From: an uncultured Candidatus Saccharibacteria bacterium
GTDB taxonomy: Bacteria > Patescibacteriota > Saccharimonadia > Saccharimonadales > Saccharimonadaceae
Assembly: GCA_963516705.1 (NCBI GenBank)
Contig: CAUQBM010000001.1
Span: forward strand, 4,183-68,182
Length of the DNA stretch: 64,000 nt
Direction of reading: 5' to 3'
How positions within the stretch are numbered: position 1 is the first letter of the stretch; every line of letters begins with the position of its first letter. Positions 1 through 11,037 of the stretch are shown here, one piece after another. The notes below the pieces were generated by a model, which had not been told where the DNA came from, ran no database searches, and saw nothing but the letters and a program-made list of their open reading frames with translations. The position numbers were made by a program, and so were the translations under genes.

Positions 1-1723
1 TTTTAAGCCCCGGTAACATCTGTCCCATAGATCCGCTTGCAAAGAACGCTGCCGCTCCAACGCCAAGTGCATCACCCAAATCCTTATACTGAGCATTATT
101 TGATGTAAGCATACTTACTGCTAATTCTTTGAGGACTCTCTTTACGGTATCGCCAACGGCATACTTAAGTAGTTCTGTGGTTACTGTGGCTAATGTCTTT
201 TTTGCAATCCAGTTTGCTAATGATGTTAATCCAAAACTGGCTGCCCCAGTAGCTTCTACTGCTAGGTCTACTAATTGAGAAGTATACATAGCAACTGGAC
301 TTAGTATATAATTGCACACTGGTTCGCTAGCCTCTTCGGCGGAATTGAGAGTGCGAACTATAGGATTCGTAGCTACTGAATATCCAGGAACGTAGTTTTT
401 TGCAATTCCAGGCTTGTCGTTATTTACGCCCATTGCTGCTAGTAAATACGGAGAATCTAATGCCGATCCTTCGGCGTTATCGGACCCTTTCATCTTTCCT
501 CTTTCGGTTAACATAGTGCCGATGGTTTCCATCGTTTCTTGAGAGAATCCACTGTCATTAGAGTCGAGTCCAGAAGCCTTAGCTTGTGAACCAGGAGATA
601 ATATTACATCCATAACTAGCCCTAATAAAGGTACTAACTGAATCGCTGCTACTCCTGATGCGATGATGTTGGGAAGTTTTAGTGCAAGGCATATTCCTGC
701 TGCCGCGACGTATACTAGCCCGCCTTTTTTTAGTTTCTCTGTTGATTTTGTGACTCTTTCATTGATTCCACCGATAGCCTTGTCGTCGTTAAAGCCTGGT
801 AATTTTTCTTTAAGTTTATTTGCCCTTTCTTTTACTCCGAGTTTTTTGTCAATTTTTGAAATTGCACTATTTCTTTTAAGACCAAATTTCTTGTAAAGCT
901 TACTTATATGTTTCCCTGTCCAGGCGCGGAAACGCATTTTAAATAAGCCAGTTCTGCCATAGACTTTACTGGCAATTTTACGATTCTCTTTCTTTAGCAA
1001 TTCGTCTTTTAATTTCGACGACTCAATAGGTTTTCCATCGTTTAATCCTTCCACCTTCCAGTGTGTTGGTTTTTTTTCTGGATAACCAGTTTTCTTCAGC
1101 TTCATTTCATTGCCATCAGCATCGACTGGAATAATTCCCGATTTCTTGAATTTCGTTAGTGCTTTATAGGACAATTTTCCTGTTCTACATCGTATCTTCT
1201 TACTGCTATTAGCACAGATTCCTGGACTATCTTTAGAATCCAGGAATCCGTTCATAGCCTGTTTGATTCTGGATATTTTAGCGGGTGTGGCGGAGTCGTT
1301 TTTCCAGGTTAAGCTTTCCATTATATTTTGCAACATTGTTGCTGGACTAAGGAATATTCCCAGAATTCCACCGCCCAGTCCCAATATTCCAGCAATAGCT
1401 GCAATCGGTCCGCGTTTTTTCAGCAAAGATTTGAATGTTACTGGACTTTTCTTTTTCCCTGCAGATGGATGATAAAAACCGTTGCCTGGAACAGAAGATT
1501 CCTGGTCATTAACGGCGGCGCTGGCGGAATCATTTTGTCTAGGATTCAAGTCCGAATCTTTATTATCAAACTGAGATTCAAGGTCGTTTATAGCATCCTT
1601 TTCGCGATCACTTAACTCTGACCCGCTGTCATAACCAGCCGAGATTTGATCAAACTTAGCCTGCTCAGCAGGATTTAATCTGCTGTCGGTTTCGGAATCT
1701 GTCGTATAATCAACTCGTGCCAT
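1..1723 (-). CDS. Large membrane-anchored protein of the T4SS-like locus (partial, runs off the left edge)
   Basis: Not in the ORF track. Manual translation from ATG at 1723 gives MARVDYTTDSETDSRLNPAEQAKFDQI...KKRGPIAAIAGILGLGGGILGIFLSPATML (TM helix). The same frame reads ...AAAFFASGSMGQMLPGLK at the window edge. Lies 17 bp downstream of virB4. Confidence 0.8.
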   Translation of the reverse strand, partial: MARVDYTTDSETDSRLNPAEQAKFDQISAGYDSGSELSDREKDAINDLESQFDNKDSDLNPRQNDSASAAVNDQESSVPGNGFYHPSAGKKKSPVTFKSLLKKRGPIAAIAGILGLGGGILGIFLSPATMLQNIMESLTWKNDSATPAKISRIKQAMNGFLDSKDSPGICANSSKKIRCRTGKLSYKALTKFKKSGIIPVDADGNEMKLKKTGYPEKKPTHWKVEGLNDGKPIESSKLKDELLKKENRKIASKVYGRTGLFKMRFRAWTGKHISKLYKKFGLKRNSAISKIDKKLGVKERANKLKEKLPGFNDDKAIGGINERVTKSTEKLKKGGLVYVAAAGICLALKLPNIIASGVAAIQLVPLLGLVMDVILSPGSQAKASGLDSNDSGFSQETMETIGTMLTERGKMKGSDNAEGSALDSPYLLAAMGVNNDKPGIAKNYVPGYSVATNPIVRTLNSAEEASEPVCNYILSPVAMYTSQLVDLAVEATGAASFGLTSLANWIAKKTLATVTTELLKYAVGDTVKRVLKELAVSMLTSNNAQYKDLGDALGVGAAAFFASGSMGQMLPGLK

Positions 1724-1740
1724 ATTTTCTCGCTATTTTT

Positions 1741-3600
1741 CTACACCGCTCCGTAGCCGCCGATTGGTGAATCTGACGGTTTTATTTGTTGCGATACGGG
1801 ATTTGTATTGATCAAATTATATTCGGTATCGCTAGCCTGAATCTGAATGTGAACATGATTTTGTCCAGCAAAGAATAATCCTTGCCCAACTGGGAAATTG
1901 GCTAATCGTTTCTGCTCTTCATCTGTCAATTTGAACACTTGCGCCAAAACGTCAACGGCGCTGGCGGACTGTTTCAAAAGTAGCTGCATTGAGGAGTTGG
2001 AAACGATTGCTCGCCCCATTTTACTTCCGACGAAGTCTTCCACGTCTTGCGTGATAGTTGTTAATCCTAATTGATATTTGCGGGCGCGCTTGGCCAACGA
2101 GAATAAGAAATTGGCAGAATCGTCATATTTCATCAATTGCCAAGCCTCGTCAACAATCAACATACGTTTCCTCTGGTCGGTACGCGTAATATTCCAGATG
2201 TGGTTCAGAACAATATACATCGCCGTTGGTCGCAGTTCATCTTCCAAGTCGCGAATGTTAAAGACAACCATATTATTATTAATATCAATGTTACTCTGTT
2301 GTGAAAATATTCCCGCAAACGTTCCAGAGGTAAATTTGCGAAGTCGCTGAGCCAGACTTGGACCAGTTCCGCCCATGTGAAGCAAAGTGTCGTATAGGTC
2401 GGAAATCGTCGGTGGCGTGGAATTGTGTGTTAGTGGATCCGAAGTAATACCAACGCGTGCGTAGGTGTCGATTAACGCTTGGTCAATATCAGCTTCTTCT
2501 GCTGGCGATAATCCTGCTACTACTTGCCCGCCGGCCCCTACTCCTGCGCCGCCCAGCATTTGCCTGAGTAGTCCGTGTAGAGTAACTAAGTTAGCTCGCA
2601 GTGCGTCATCTGCTTCATCAGTGTCAATAACACGCGGCAAATCAAACGGATTGATCCTCGTGTCGCTACTTAAACTTAATCGAATATAACTGCCACCAAC
2701 CGCGTCGCATAGTTTTTGGTACTCGTTTTCTGGGTCGATAATCACAATATCAGCCCCGACCATCATACTTCTTAAAGCCTCCAATTTAACGGTAAATGAT
2801 TTACCGGCACCAGACTTAGCGAACACGACCATATTGGCGTTTTCCAGAGAGAATCTGTCAAAAATCACCAAGCCATTATTATGCATATTAATTCCGTAAA
2901 GCACGCCCTTATTGTCCGTCAAATCGGCTGAAGTGAATGGAAAGCTGGTTGAAATTGCGCCAGTGTTCATGTTGCGGCGAATCTGTAGTTCATCAGTCAA
3001 TTGTGGAATAGAGCTATTCAATCCCTGTTCCTGCTGACTGGAAGCCACTTTTGAGAACACCAATTGCTGACCAAAAATAGTTTCAATTTTATGCTGGATG
3101 AAATTTAGCTCGTCCAAGCTGTCGGCGTAAAGCGTAATATATAAGCCGTAGCGGAAGAACTTTTCGGCGCCAATCTGCAATTGGTCACGCAATTCTTCGG
3201 CGTCTTGTAAAGCCGCTTCCAAGCCTGGATCGCGCACCTTTCCCTTTTCCATGTTTATATTCATGGTTGCTTCCAGCTGGGTAACTTTTTTACGCAGGTT
3301 ATTCAGGACAATTTGCGTATCGACTGGATAAATAAACATACTAATATCCAGTACTTCATCGATGTTAATAATTGAGCTAAGCCAGCCGGTGTAGATTTGA
3401 CGAGGATAGCCATAAACATACATTGTGCGACCATATTTTGAGCCAAGTCGAAAATGGTCAGAATGAAGCTCAATACTACTTGGCGCAATAAAATCACGCA
3501 AAGTTCGAACACCGGTTAAGAAGGCCTGTTCGACTTCGGCTTGCTCCCTTGCTCGTTGTTGAGCAGCAATATCAACGGCATCTAATTTCTTCTTTGCCAT
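1741..3600 (-). CDS. virB4: VirB4/TraE-like T4SS ATPase
   Basis: Walker A AKSGAGKS, IIDPENEY, INPFD, Walker B LIVDEAW and RARKY...ITQ motifs; downstream of prgI. Confidence 0.9.
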   Translation of the reverse strand: MAKKKLDAVDIAAQQRAREQAEVEQAFLTGVRTLRDFIAPSSIELHSDHFRLGSKYGRTMYVYGYPRQIYTGWLSSIINIDEVLDISMFIYPVDTQIVLNNLRKKVTQLEATMNINMEKGKVRDPGLEAALQDAEELRDQLQIGAEKFFRYGLYITLYADSLDELNFIQHKIETIFGQQLVFSKVASSQQEQGLNSSIPQLTDELQIRRNMNTGAISTSFPFTSADLTDNKGVLYGINMHNNGLVIFDRFSLENANMVVFAKSGAGKSFTVKLEALRSMMVGADIVIIDPENEYQKLCDAVGGSYIRLSLSSDTRINPFDLPRVIDTDEADDALRANLVTLHGLLRQMLGGAGVGAGGQVVAGLSPAEEADIDQALIDTYARVGITSDPLTHNSTPPTISDLYDTLLHMGGTGPSLAQRLRKFTSGTFAGIFSQQSNIDINNNMVVFNIRDLEDELRPTAMYIVLNHIWNITRTDQRKRMLIVDEAWQLMKYDDSANFLFSLAKRARKYQLGLTTITQDVEDFVGSKMGRAIVSNSSMQLLLKQSASAVDVLAQVFKLTDEEQKRLANFPVGQGLFFAGQNHVHIQIQASDTEYNLINTNPVSQQIKPSDSPIGGYGAV

Positions 3601-4475
3601 TATGACCTTCCTCCTCTCGGTGACGGACCAGTCCCCTTAGTTACGTAAGTGGTCGTAAGCTCGCTCGGGTCAATGTCCTCTAGCGATTCACGTGACGACG
3701 TGTCGGGATTATATGAGGTGTAGAATAATTCACCCAGTTGTCTGGTATTTAATTGCCAGCTTTTTACGCCCATTTGGAATAGACCATTCATAACCGAATC
3801 GATGCGGTTTTTAATTTCATCTTTAGCTTTGGTGTAGGTGACTTGGTCAATTTTTGTTACAGTTGCCTCTTTTTTCCCACTGAAGAAACTATTGAACAAT
3901 CCCTTAGTTTGCTGTTTGAAGGCATTTTCCTCGCCGGCTGGATAATATGGAACGACAACATAAAAACTCTTATCCATAATGTTTGCCTCTTGTGCCAGAA
4001 TATCAATAAAATCCATATAATCGTCCATTAGGACGTTGAGAAGCATATTGTCTTGATTGCGGCGAATTTCAGCCAATCTGTCCAGATATGGGCCAATGTC
4101 CACGCGGCGTGAACGGATAAGAACTTGAATTGGGAAATATAGAGAATTAATGAAGTTTTGATAACTGAACTCAATTCCCTCTCTTTCGCGTGAACTCATC
4201 AGGTCAAAGTTGATCGATTCACATTCCACTACCGCCCGAAAACTGCCGTCGCTCATAATGATCATATTTTCACGCATCTCAGAGAAAAGCAGCGTATTCT
4301 GGGTGCTAATTGGTCCTTTTTGCTTTTTGTCGTCAGGGGTTTTATCTGGAGCTGGTGTGGCTGGATTTGGTCCCGAACCAATTGCTGCTGATGGCTGCTG
4401 AGAGACACCAGGAAGAGCCGCATTGGTTTGCGGAACCTGCTGATAAGATTGTTGATTTTGTAACTCTGGTTGCAT
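3600..4475 (-). CDS. T4SS accessory protein (TraC/VirB4 N-terminal-like, conserved CPR type)
   Basis: STQNTL...SINFDLMS..E.E.I...YQNFINSL.FPIQVLIRSR motif; translationally coupled to virB4; alternative GTG start at 4484. Confidence 0.7.
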   Translation of the reverse strand: MQPELQNQQSYQQVPQTNAALPGVSQQPSAAIGSGPNPATPAPDKTPDDKKQKGPISTQNTLLFSEMRENMIIMSDGSFRAVVECESINFDLMSSREREGIEFSYQNFINSLYFPIQVLIRSRRVDIGPYLDRLAEIRRNQDNMLLNVLMDDYMDFIDILAQEANIMDKSFYVVVPYYPAGEENAFKQQTKGLFNSFFSGKKEATVTKIDQVTYTKAKDEIKNRIDSVMNGLFQMGVKSWQLNTRQLGELFYTSYNPDTSSRESLEDIDPSELTTTYVTKGTGPSPRGGRS

Positions 4476-4484
4476 AAACCCCAC

Positions 4485-5396
4485 CTAACGTAGTGAAATC
4501 ACCACTTCCTCATCTGATAATTTATTTTCTTGTTGAATTCGATTTGCCTCACGCGCAATCGTTTCAATCGAGAGGTCGCGGTTATTTGCCAGTTCTATTA
4601 TAGCAGGTGGCACCTCGTTTACGCTAGCTTGCGGCGTGGTTGTAGGCTGAGTTTGAGCTGGAGCGTTCGCGGCAGGCCGTCCGGACACTGGATTTAATAC
4701 GGATTGACGCATTGTTGGGTACGGATTCATTTGTAGTGGTGTGGCTGGAGCAGGATTATCTGGCTGAGATGATTGAGGTGGTTGCGCGGGAGGCGGCGTA
4801 GCAGATTGCCCTGTTTGCATTTTTTGGATAACTTCTTGTCGCCTACGAACATCGGACTGATTTATTAAGTGATTGATATTTTGTGCTGTAGTGCTATTTT
4901 CATCCAATATGTCGTTAGCTGCCTGTCCTTCGTTGAATAAATCAGCACGCATCGAGCTATTCGGATTATTGACGCCACGAATTGACCAACCCTGACTATC
5001 TACCAAATTCGCCAAATATGACAATCTTCGCTGGACTTCGGCTTGATCGTAATTATTACCGTAAGTCTTCTCCTCGACTTTTGGCGCGATAACTTCGACT
5101 AATCTTTCAATTCCATCAGGCTGCCATAGACGCTTTTTTGGTTTTAGCATAAAAGAAATGACTGCTGCCAAATAAACTTCCATCGGTTGATCTTTTTTAA
5201 GCGGTAAAGCTAGCGCTCCAAAGAATAAAATTATCGGCACAGGAATTATTGCCAAAGGTAGTAAAATTGTACTCAAACCGTACGCAATAGCGATTCCGAT
5301 AACAGCTATAATTAAGAACACAAACTGTCGGAAGCTAAACGGCCCGAGCAGTTTGTCCTCCGCCTCGACATCTTGAGGAACTTTATACACCGACAT
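4485..5396 (-). CDS. prgI: PrgI family protein (VirB3-like) with Pro/Gln-rich C-terminal tail
   Basis: N-terminal YKVPQDVEAEDKLLGPFSFRQF plus two TM helices. Confidence 0.85.
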   Translation of the reverse strand: MSVYKVPQDVEAEDKLLGPFSFRQFVFLIIAVIGIAIAYGLSTILLPLAIIPVPIILFFGALALPLKKDQPMEVYLAAVISFMLKPKKRLWQPDGIERLVEVIAPKVEEKTYGNNYDQAEVQRRLSYLANLVDSQGWSIRGVNNPNSSMRADLFNEGQAANDILDENSTTAQNINHLINQSDVRRRQEVIQKMQTGQSATPPPAQPPQSSQPDNPAPATPLQMNPYPTMRQSVLNPVSGRPAANAPAQTQPTTTPQASVNEVPPAIIELANNRDLSIETIAREANRIQQENKLSDEEVVISLR

Positions 5397-5425
5397 ACTG
5401 CTTATATTATATCAAAATATGGAGA

Positions 5426-7960
5426 TTATAGCATGTTGCGGAAAATTTCAAATTGCTCTTTAGCTGCATCAGTTGCATTAGCTGACAACCTCTTATCAGT
5501 AAGAATTGTGTTGATGACTTTCTTAAGATCTTGACGTTTCTTATCAGTAATAACAGAGGTATTCTTAACAGCTTCTATCAACAACTTAACGGCATCAGCA
5601 TCCGTAGACGCTAAGGTTTCAGGCCTGTACTTACCACCCTCTAGCCATTCGGCGAAGTGATTCATGAGGTCTCCCCTGTTATTAATATCGCCCTTCAGCA
5701 TATCATCGATGAGCTTACCTCCCATAAAGGACGCCTTATTCCTTACGCCAGATTCCGCTAGCGCTGAAGCTGCAGAAGAATAGAATTCTGGCGGCAATTC
5801 ACTAAGAAGCTCGGCGACTTCCGTTGCGGTACCGTATTTAATCTGCTCCTCAATTGCGGCTTCACGTATAAATATGTTATTGCTATCCAGTACTGTTCCA
5901 TCTGAAAGCGCCACGGAATTGCCTAAAGATATCTTTTGTCTTTGCTCAGCGCTCAGCTTATAATGCTTCATAATCTGACGAGCTTCATCAACAGACTTGG
6001 CGTATTCACTACGGCTGGTTGCTATGGCTGAAGCTAAGGCTGCATTTGCACCAATCAAATTGCCATTTGCATCTTTGAATACATTGCCGCCAGCCTTCTC
6101 TTGAAGTTCCTTGCTGTTTATCAATTGCTCTGCAAATTCACTATGCTGCTGGCGTTGAGCGTTATTCTTAATTAGTCCAGACACTGCAATTTCGGTTTCT
6201 AGGTCTTTAATATCATTCATGAATGCAGTTTGCTGCTGATGAGCTTTCAAATCTCGTCGAGTTGCATAGGTAGCTGACACGGTTCGTAGAGCACGATCGT
6301 ACAGAGGTCTCTTCCCATACGTATCAGTTGGTGCATGACCCAGTGTAGCTTCGGTGTAGCGATTATCATCTTGTGCGGATAACAGATCTGCACGCCTGGA
6401 AGCCTGTCTGGCATACAAGTCCGACTTCTTATACTTGGCTGTATTTCTAAATGAATTCTCGGCATCTTTCTGTGAAGTTTCCAGATCTTTTTTACGTAAT
6501 CTACTGTTATGATCTGCCCAACGGCGTAAACGATTTGGGTTGAATCGCGCCATATTGGGGTTGGCCAACTTCTTGTTTTTAATAGTTTCGCGGCGATCTT
6601 TAGCCCAGTTCTTAGACCTGTCGTATAAGCCCTTGTTTTTGTCGTTGACAATTCCAGCAAATTTGCCCAATACTCCGCCACTTAACTTCATAATTAGAGG
6701 AGTTATAGCCAAAGGTATTATTTGAACTAGCATGCCTAGTATATGCATTATTGCGCCATTTGAGCCAGAGGCATTTTGTATAATTATTATTCCCGCCAGT
6801 TGAGCTCCACCGAATACTACAGCAAATGCTGGGAAAAATACTAGCATTGTTAAGAATGAATCTCGCCATTTTTTAAACCACTTTTCTGTTCCGGGCAGCA
6901 AGTAGCAAACAAATGCTAAAGGTGAAATGATTATTAATATAATAATAAGTGCTTGACGAGCCGCCATAATTAGGAGTATGAAGAGTAAAGTTAAGCCAGC
7001 TAATGTCGCGGCAGGTACTAGCATCGGTAATAATTCCGTAGTAAGTGCTAGTGATACGGCGTATCCTGCTCCTACCGCCAGCGCTCCATTCGACAGCGCT
7101 GTACTGATAACTTCCGACCACGTCCATGTACTTGTATTTTCCCCTACGGTGGATATTGTGTTTTTAATCCCCATGAAGGCGTCTTGGAAAGCGTAGCCGG
7201 CTATGTTTGATAAATCCAGTAATATAGCACAAATCGTAAATGATAAGTTGACCAACACTGCCGCAATTACTAACCTAGGGAGCATTTTTTTAACGCCGTA
7301 ATTGCTAATTCCTACGGAGGTTAATTGTGAGTAGATAATCACCAAAAACGCCACGATAAACGCCACGTTGCTAATGTTCCGCATAATGACCCACGCCAGA
7401 TAAATTCCACTGTTTTGATTGGTTGTTTCTAAAGGTTTAGTTTTTAAGAATTCCTGAAGTGCGCTGTACATATAATCTATGCCATCAGCTAACCAATTGG
7501 AGAGTGGACAGATGATCCACCCTATTCCCTGTACGTCACAGGAAGTACCTGTTGAATTTTCCGAGGGAGATTCAATTGAAATAGTTGAAGTGCTGGTTTG
7601 TTCGTAGGTGTTCGGTGGTGTAAATGAATAAACCGCGTAGGTTGCCGAGCTTAGCGAAGATATTTCGCTTGATGGGAAATAAATAATCTTGGTTTCTTTT
7701 TTATTCTTATCTTCATTAACATAAACAAGCGAATTATCAGGTAGGTTAAATTGTTTAATCTTTTTATCATCACTTACCTTTGTATATTTTTCTTTATTAT
7801 AGGTTAAATTATGGCCGCTCCATTCTGCGTCTACGGCGTAAACAGAAGTCGAGTACGTTAAGGTATTAAGAAAAATGCCCACCAGCATCCCTGCTATCAG
7901 CAATATAAACCATCGCAACGTCACAATGAGAGGTTGCTTGCGTGAGATTAACCACTCCAT
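5426..7960 (-). CDS. VirB6/TrbL-like polytopic membrane protein, paralogue 1
   Basis: Signal peptide, extracellular N-domain, GWIICP motif, multi-TM core (GISNYGVKKMLPRLVIAAVLVNLS...LLPGTEKWFKKW), long soluble C-terminus. Confidence 0.7.
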   Translation of the reverse strand: MEWLISRKQPLIVTLRWFILLIAGMLVGIFLNTLTYSTSVYAVDAEWSGHNLTYNKEKYTKVSDDKKIKQFNLPDNSLVYVNEDKNKKETKIIYFPSSEISSLSSATYAVYSFTPPNTYEQTSTSTISIESPSENSTGTSCDVQGIGWIICPLSNWLADGIDYMYSALQEFLKTKPLETTNQNSGIYLAWVIMRNISNVAFIVAFLVIIYSQLTSVGISNYGVKKMLPRLVIAAVLVNLSFTICAILLDLSNIAGYAFQDAFMGIKNTISTVGENTSTWTWSEVISTALSNGALAVGAGYAVSLALTTELLPMLVPAATLAGLTLLFILLIMAARQALIIILIIISPLAFVCYLLPGTEKWFKKWRDSFLTMLVFFPAFAVVFGGAQLAGIIIIQNASGSNGAIMHILGMLVQIIPLAITPLIMKLSGGVLGKFAGIVNDKNKGLYDRSKNWAKDRRETIKNKKLANPNMARFNPNRLRRWADHNSRLRKKDLETSQKDAENSFRNTAKYKKSDLYARQASRRADLLSAQDDNRYTEATLGHAPTDTYGKRPLYDRALRTVSATYATRRDLKAHQQQTAFMNDIKDLETEIAVSGLIKNNAQRQQHSEFAEQLINSKELQEKAGGNVFKDANGNLIGANAALASAIATSRSEYAKSVDEARQIMKHYKLSAEQRQKISLGNSVALSDGTVLDSNNIFIREAAIEEQIKYGTATEVAELLSELPPEFYSSAASALAESGVRNKASFMGGKLIDDMLKGDINNRGDLMNHFAEWLEGGKYRPETLASTDADAVKLLIEAVKNTSVITDKKRQDLKKVINTILTDKRLSANATDAAKEQFEIFRNML

Positions 7961-8029
7961 CTGAGGTTATATTAGCATTTTTGATGGAAAAAGTCAAGAG
8001 AGAGTGTATGAAGCATGCGTCTAGCTACC

Positions 8030-10987
8030 TCATCGTCTAGAATCCTCTAATGCCTTTCTTGTGTCTTCTTGAGATGTAGCGATAATTATTTTCTCCCCAG
8101 AACTACTATTATTCTCATTATTATTCTTATTATTAGCAATTTTATTTAATGCTTGAATGACTTCTGGGTCAAGCTTAGCAAAAGTTGATCCTGATGGGTT
8201 TATTGCACTTGTCGCTTGGTCACTGCTTATACCGCCACCGTTAATCCTATCAAGCTGGGAACTTTTTGTCATACCAGTAAATTTATCTAGGGAAATAGAC
8301 TCTCTCGCTGCCGCATTATGAGCACCATCTATAGTTGAGTCTTGTCCGCTTGCCCATTTTAGTAAGCCAGGGTCCTTATCGAATACACTGCTATTAGACT
8401 CTTGAATATTGCTTCTAAGTTTCGCACTCATGTCGTCGCTCATGTAGCTTTCAGATTCACTAATCGCCTGATTATGTGCGTCAATACCCCCTGGACCTCG
8501 ACCAGACAAGAGTATGTTTTGTGCGGCTCGAGCTTTTACATCGTCTCCGTTTTTGATGGCATCAGATAAGGCAGATTTCAATTCTTGTATGGAAGCATTT
8601 CCGAAACTTATTTGTGCGTTTTTAACTTCTGTAGAAATTAATGAATGAGTCATCTCTTGAATTCGCGCCTTTGATCCAGGCAATTCTAAGCTACGCAGTC
8701 TGCTATCATATTTTCCAGAGGCAAGAGATTCTTTGAACCCTCTATCTGCGTATGCTTCATAGTTTGCTTGATCAATTTGACGAAGTTTTTTATTGTCATT
8801 GAACCGCTTCATGGCTTTATGGGCGCCGATAGTGAATGGATTTTTTCGTCCACCTGGACCCTTACTTAAAAACTCTGCCTTCCTAGATGACATCATGCCT
8901 GAAGCTGTATTTGACACTAATCCGCCAAGCCGTGAAACACCCAATTTATTAGCAAAGCCACCAATGCCACCTACGATTTTGCCCATGATTGAGTTGGATT
9001 TTATAGCTATAACAGCTACCATAAATGTTCCAATAAATAGTGCAGCTAAAGCCATGAGTCTCTGTATACTATTAGACTTCCCTTCTCCTAGCGTGAGTGA
9101 AGCTGCAAACTTTAGTCCGCCATAATATATAGATGCTAGAGGATAAAGAAAAACCAATCCAGTAAACATGCTTTTCCATTTGTCAAATAGTTTTTGAGTA
9201 TTTGGCAATACCCAAGCCACTAAAGCTACAGGAGAAAAAATAGCCAATATAGGAATAAGCATAGATCTTACTTGTAGTGCTAACAGGCCCGCTATAATTC
9301 CAATAATTGCTGGGATGATCATGGCGCCCAAGAACAATATTATGGCAGGCCAACCCAATACTGCACCAGCCGCTAAGGTGACTCCAACACTACCAAAAAC
9401 AGTAGCAGAAAGAAGTATAGAATCTAATAATACAGACCATCCATTTGCTGCTTTAAGCCCAGAGTATGATTCAAATCCACTAAATATACCGTCTATACTT
9501 TTACCGGTGATATTAGCAATATCAATTATCACCTGCATGAGATAGTAAGATATATTAATAGCTACCGCCACAATAACAAGTCTTGGTAGCATTTTTTTGA
9601 TACCGTAATTGGATATTCCAATGTTTGATACCTGAGATATAACAATTCCTAAAAATATAACGACTAATATAGCGTTAGCTAAATCGCGCACCTTTGTCCA
9701 CGAGTCGTAATAGGCTCCACTTCTATCAAGGGGGTTGTTGATTAGAAGAAATTCAAAAATAGACCAAGCCCCATCCGCAAAACCAATAGCGACGTTTATC
9801 GCTGGACATATAAAATATCCCAATAGTCTGCTATCCAGCACGTCCATGCAGTCCTTTTTATCTTCTTTGTCTGACGCGTCAGGATTCTCCACCTTTGCAG
9901 ACTGACCTTGCTTACAGGCGTTTAGTTTTTTGTCGTCACTCTTGTATTTTGTTTTGCAGTATTCAGAATCACCCTTATGTTCTATTCCGTCTTTACAGGC
10001 CTCTAGCTCTTCCCCCGCCAGCCCCGCGCATGCAGTGTCTGTGGCTGACTGTTTTAGAGCTTCTTGATACTTTGGCGCTGACTCCACTAGGCGCTGGTAT
10101 ATATTCATACACTGCCATTCAGAAATTTTTGCGTCATAGTGTTTCTGTGGCCATTCACGGTTATTTGATCCGCCCACATTATAACCCTGTCCGTCGCCAG
10201 GTAGGTAATATGAGTTAGTTAAGTTTCCATTACTATCTACATCTTGTATTTCCCAATCTTTCGAGTCATGTCGTTGAGGTTGAGGATTGTTGTCTTTTAT
10301 GCATCCTCTTATCATGGACCTTGAGACAAGATATTTTATGCTAGGATCGGAGTTTTCTATACCATTTTTATAACCTGATAAATTTGTTAGTACTTCAAAT
10401 ATCTTCCCTTTTGAATATATGTTAACGTCGTCTTGTCTATCATCTTTTCCTCCTGCAGACTTCTTTTTTTTACCAAATGCACCACTTCCATTTATACATT
10501 CGTCTTCGGACAGGGTGTAGTTAGTGCCTCTCCTGTATCCTATTTTGCAAAGCAATACCTCTACAGCGGAGGATCTTCCTTGTGGCTGTATATTGAATTG
10601 ACTAACAGCTGTACTCATAAGTTCAGCTGAGTTGCAATCAAAATATCCTCCCGAGTTATTGTATCCTGTAAAGCCTGGAAAAGTTCCTACGTAAGCTCCG
10701 TCGCCAACGTTATTAAATATTTTTCCCTTTTTCAGCTCCTCTACGTTGCTGTTGGGCGCCTTACTTCCCGCACGGACAAAACATGTATCTAATGCGCGCG
10801 CATAAACATAGAACTTATATTTTTCTTGAGTACTGAGACCGTCAAAATACCCAGCGGCAAATGCAGGTAAAGAGGTTAATAGCGTAGAAATTGGTAATAT
10901 AAATAAGGCGCTTACGCACAAATATAAAACTATATTCTTAAAGACGTTTCTACGATCGTACCCACTCATAAACATAATCACCTTCAT
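8030..10987 (-). CDS. VirB6/TrbL-like polytopic membrane protein, paralogue 2 with Cys-rich ectodomain
   Basis: Same core motifs as 5426-7960 (GYFICP, GISNYGIKKMLPRLVIVAVAINIS, VLPNTQKLFDKW); larger Cys-rich N-domain; start codon uncertain. Confidence 0.7.
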   Translation of the reverse strand: MKVIMFMSGYDRRNVFKNIVLYLCVSALFILPISTLLTSLPAFAAGYFDGLSTQEKYKFYVYARALDTCFVRAGSKAPNSNVEELKKGKIFNNVGDGAYVGTFPGFTGYNNSGGYFDCNSAELMSTAVSQFNIQPQGRSSAVEVLLCKIGYRRGTNYTLSEDECINGSGAFGKKKKSAGGKDDRQDDVNIYSKGKIFEVLTNLSGYKNGIENSDPSIKYLVSRSMIRGCIKDNNPQPQRHDSKDWEIQDVDSNGNLTNSYYLPGDGQGYNVGGSNNREWPQKHYDAKISEWQCMNIYQRLVESAPKYQEALKQSATDTACAGLAGEELEACKDGIEHKGDSEYCKTKYKSDDKKLNACKQGQSAKVENPDASDKEDKKDCMDVLDSRLLGYFICPAINVAIGFADGAWSIFEFLLINNPLDRSGAYYDSWTKVRDLANAILVVIFLGIVISQVSNIGISNYGIKKMLPRLVIVAVAINISYYLMQVIIDIANITGKSIDGIFSGFESYSGLKAANGWSVLLDSILLSATVFGSVGVTLAAGAVLGWPAIILFLGAMIIPAIIGIIAGLLALQVRSMLIPILAIFSPVALVAWVLPNTQKLFDKWKSMFTGLVFLYPLASIYYGGLKFAASLTLGEGKSNSIQRLMALAALFIGTFMVAVIAIKSNSIMGKIVGGIGGFANKLGVSRLGGLVSNTASGMMSSRKAEFLSKGPGGRKNPFTIGAHKAMKRFNDNKKLRQIDQANYEAYADRGFKESLASGKYDSRLRSLELPGSKARIQEMTHSLISTEVKNAQISFGNASIQELKSALSDAIKNGDDVKARAAQNILLSGRGPGGIDAHNQAISESESYMSDDMSAKLRSNIQESNSSVFDKDPGLLKWASGQDSTIDGAHNAAARESISLDKFTGMTKSSQLDRINGGGISSDQATSAINPSGSTFAKLDPEVIQALNKIANNKNNNENNSSSGEKIIIATSQEDTRKALEDSRR

Positions 10988-11037
10988 TTAATCATATATG
11001 AAGGTGATTATGCAAATAATTATACAAAATAAGTACT

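Noticed and set aside
663..1615. Short plus-strand ORFs at the window start
   Set aside because: They are antisense to the minus-strand CDS starting at 1723
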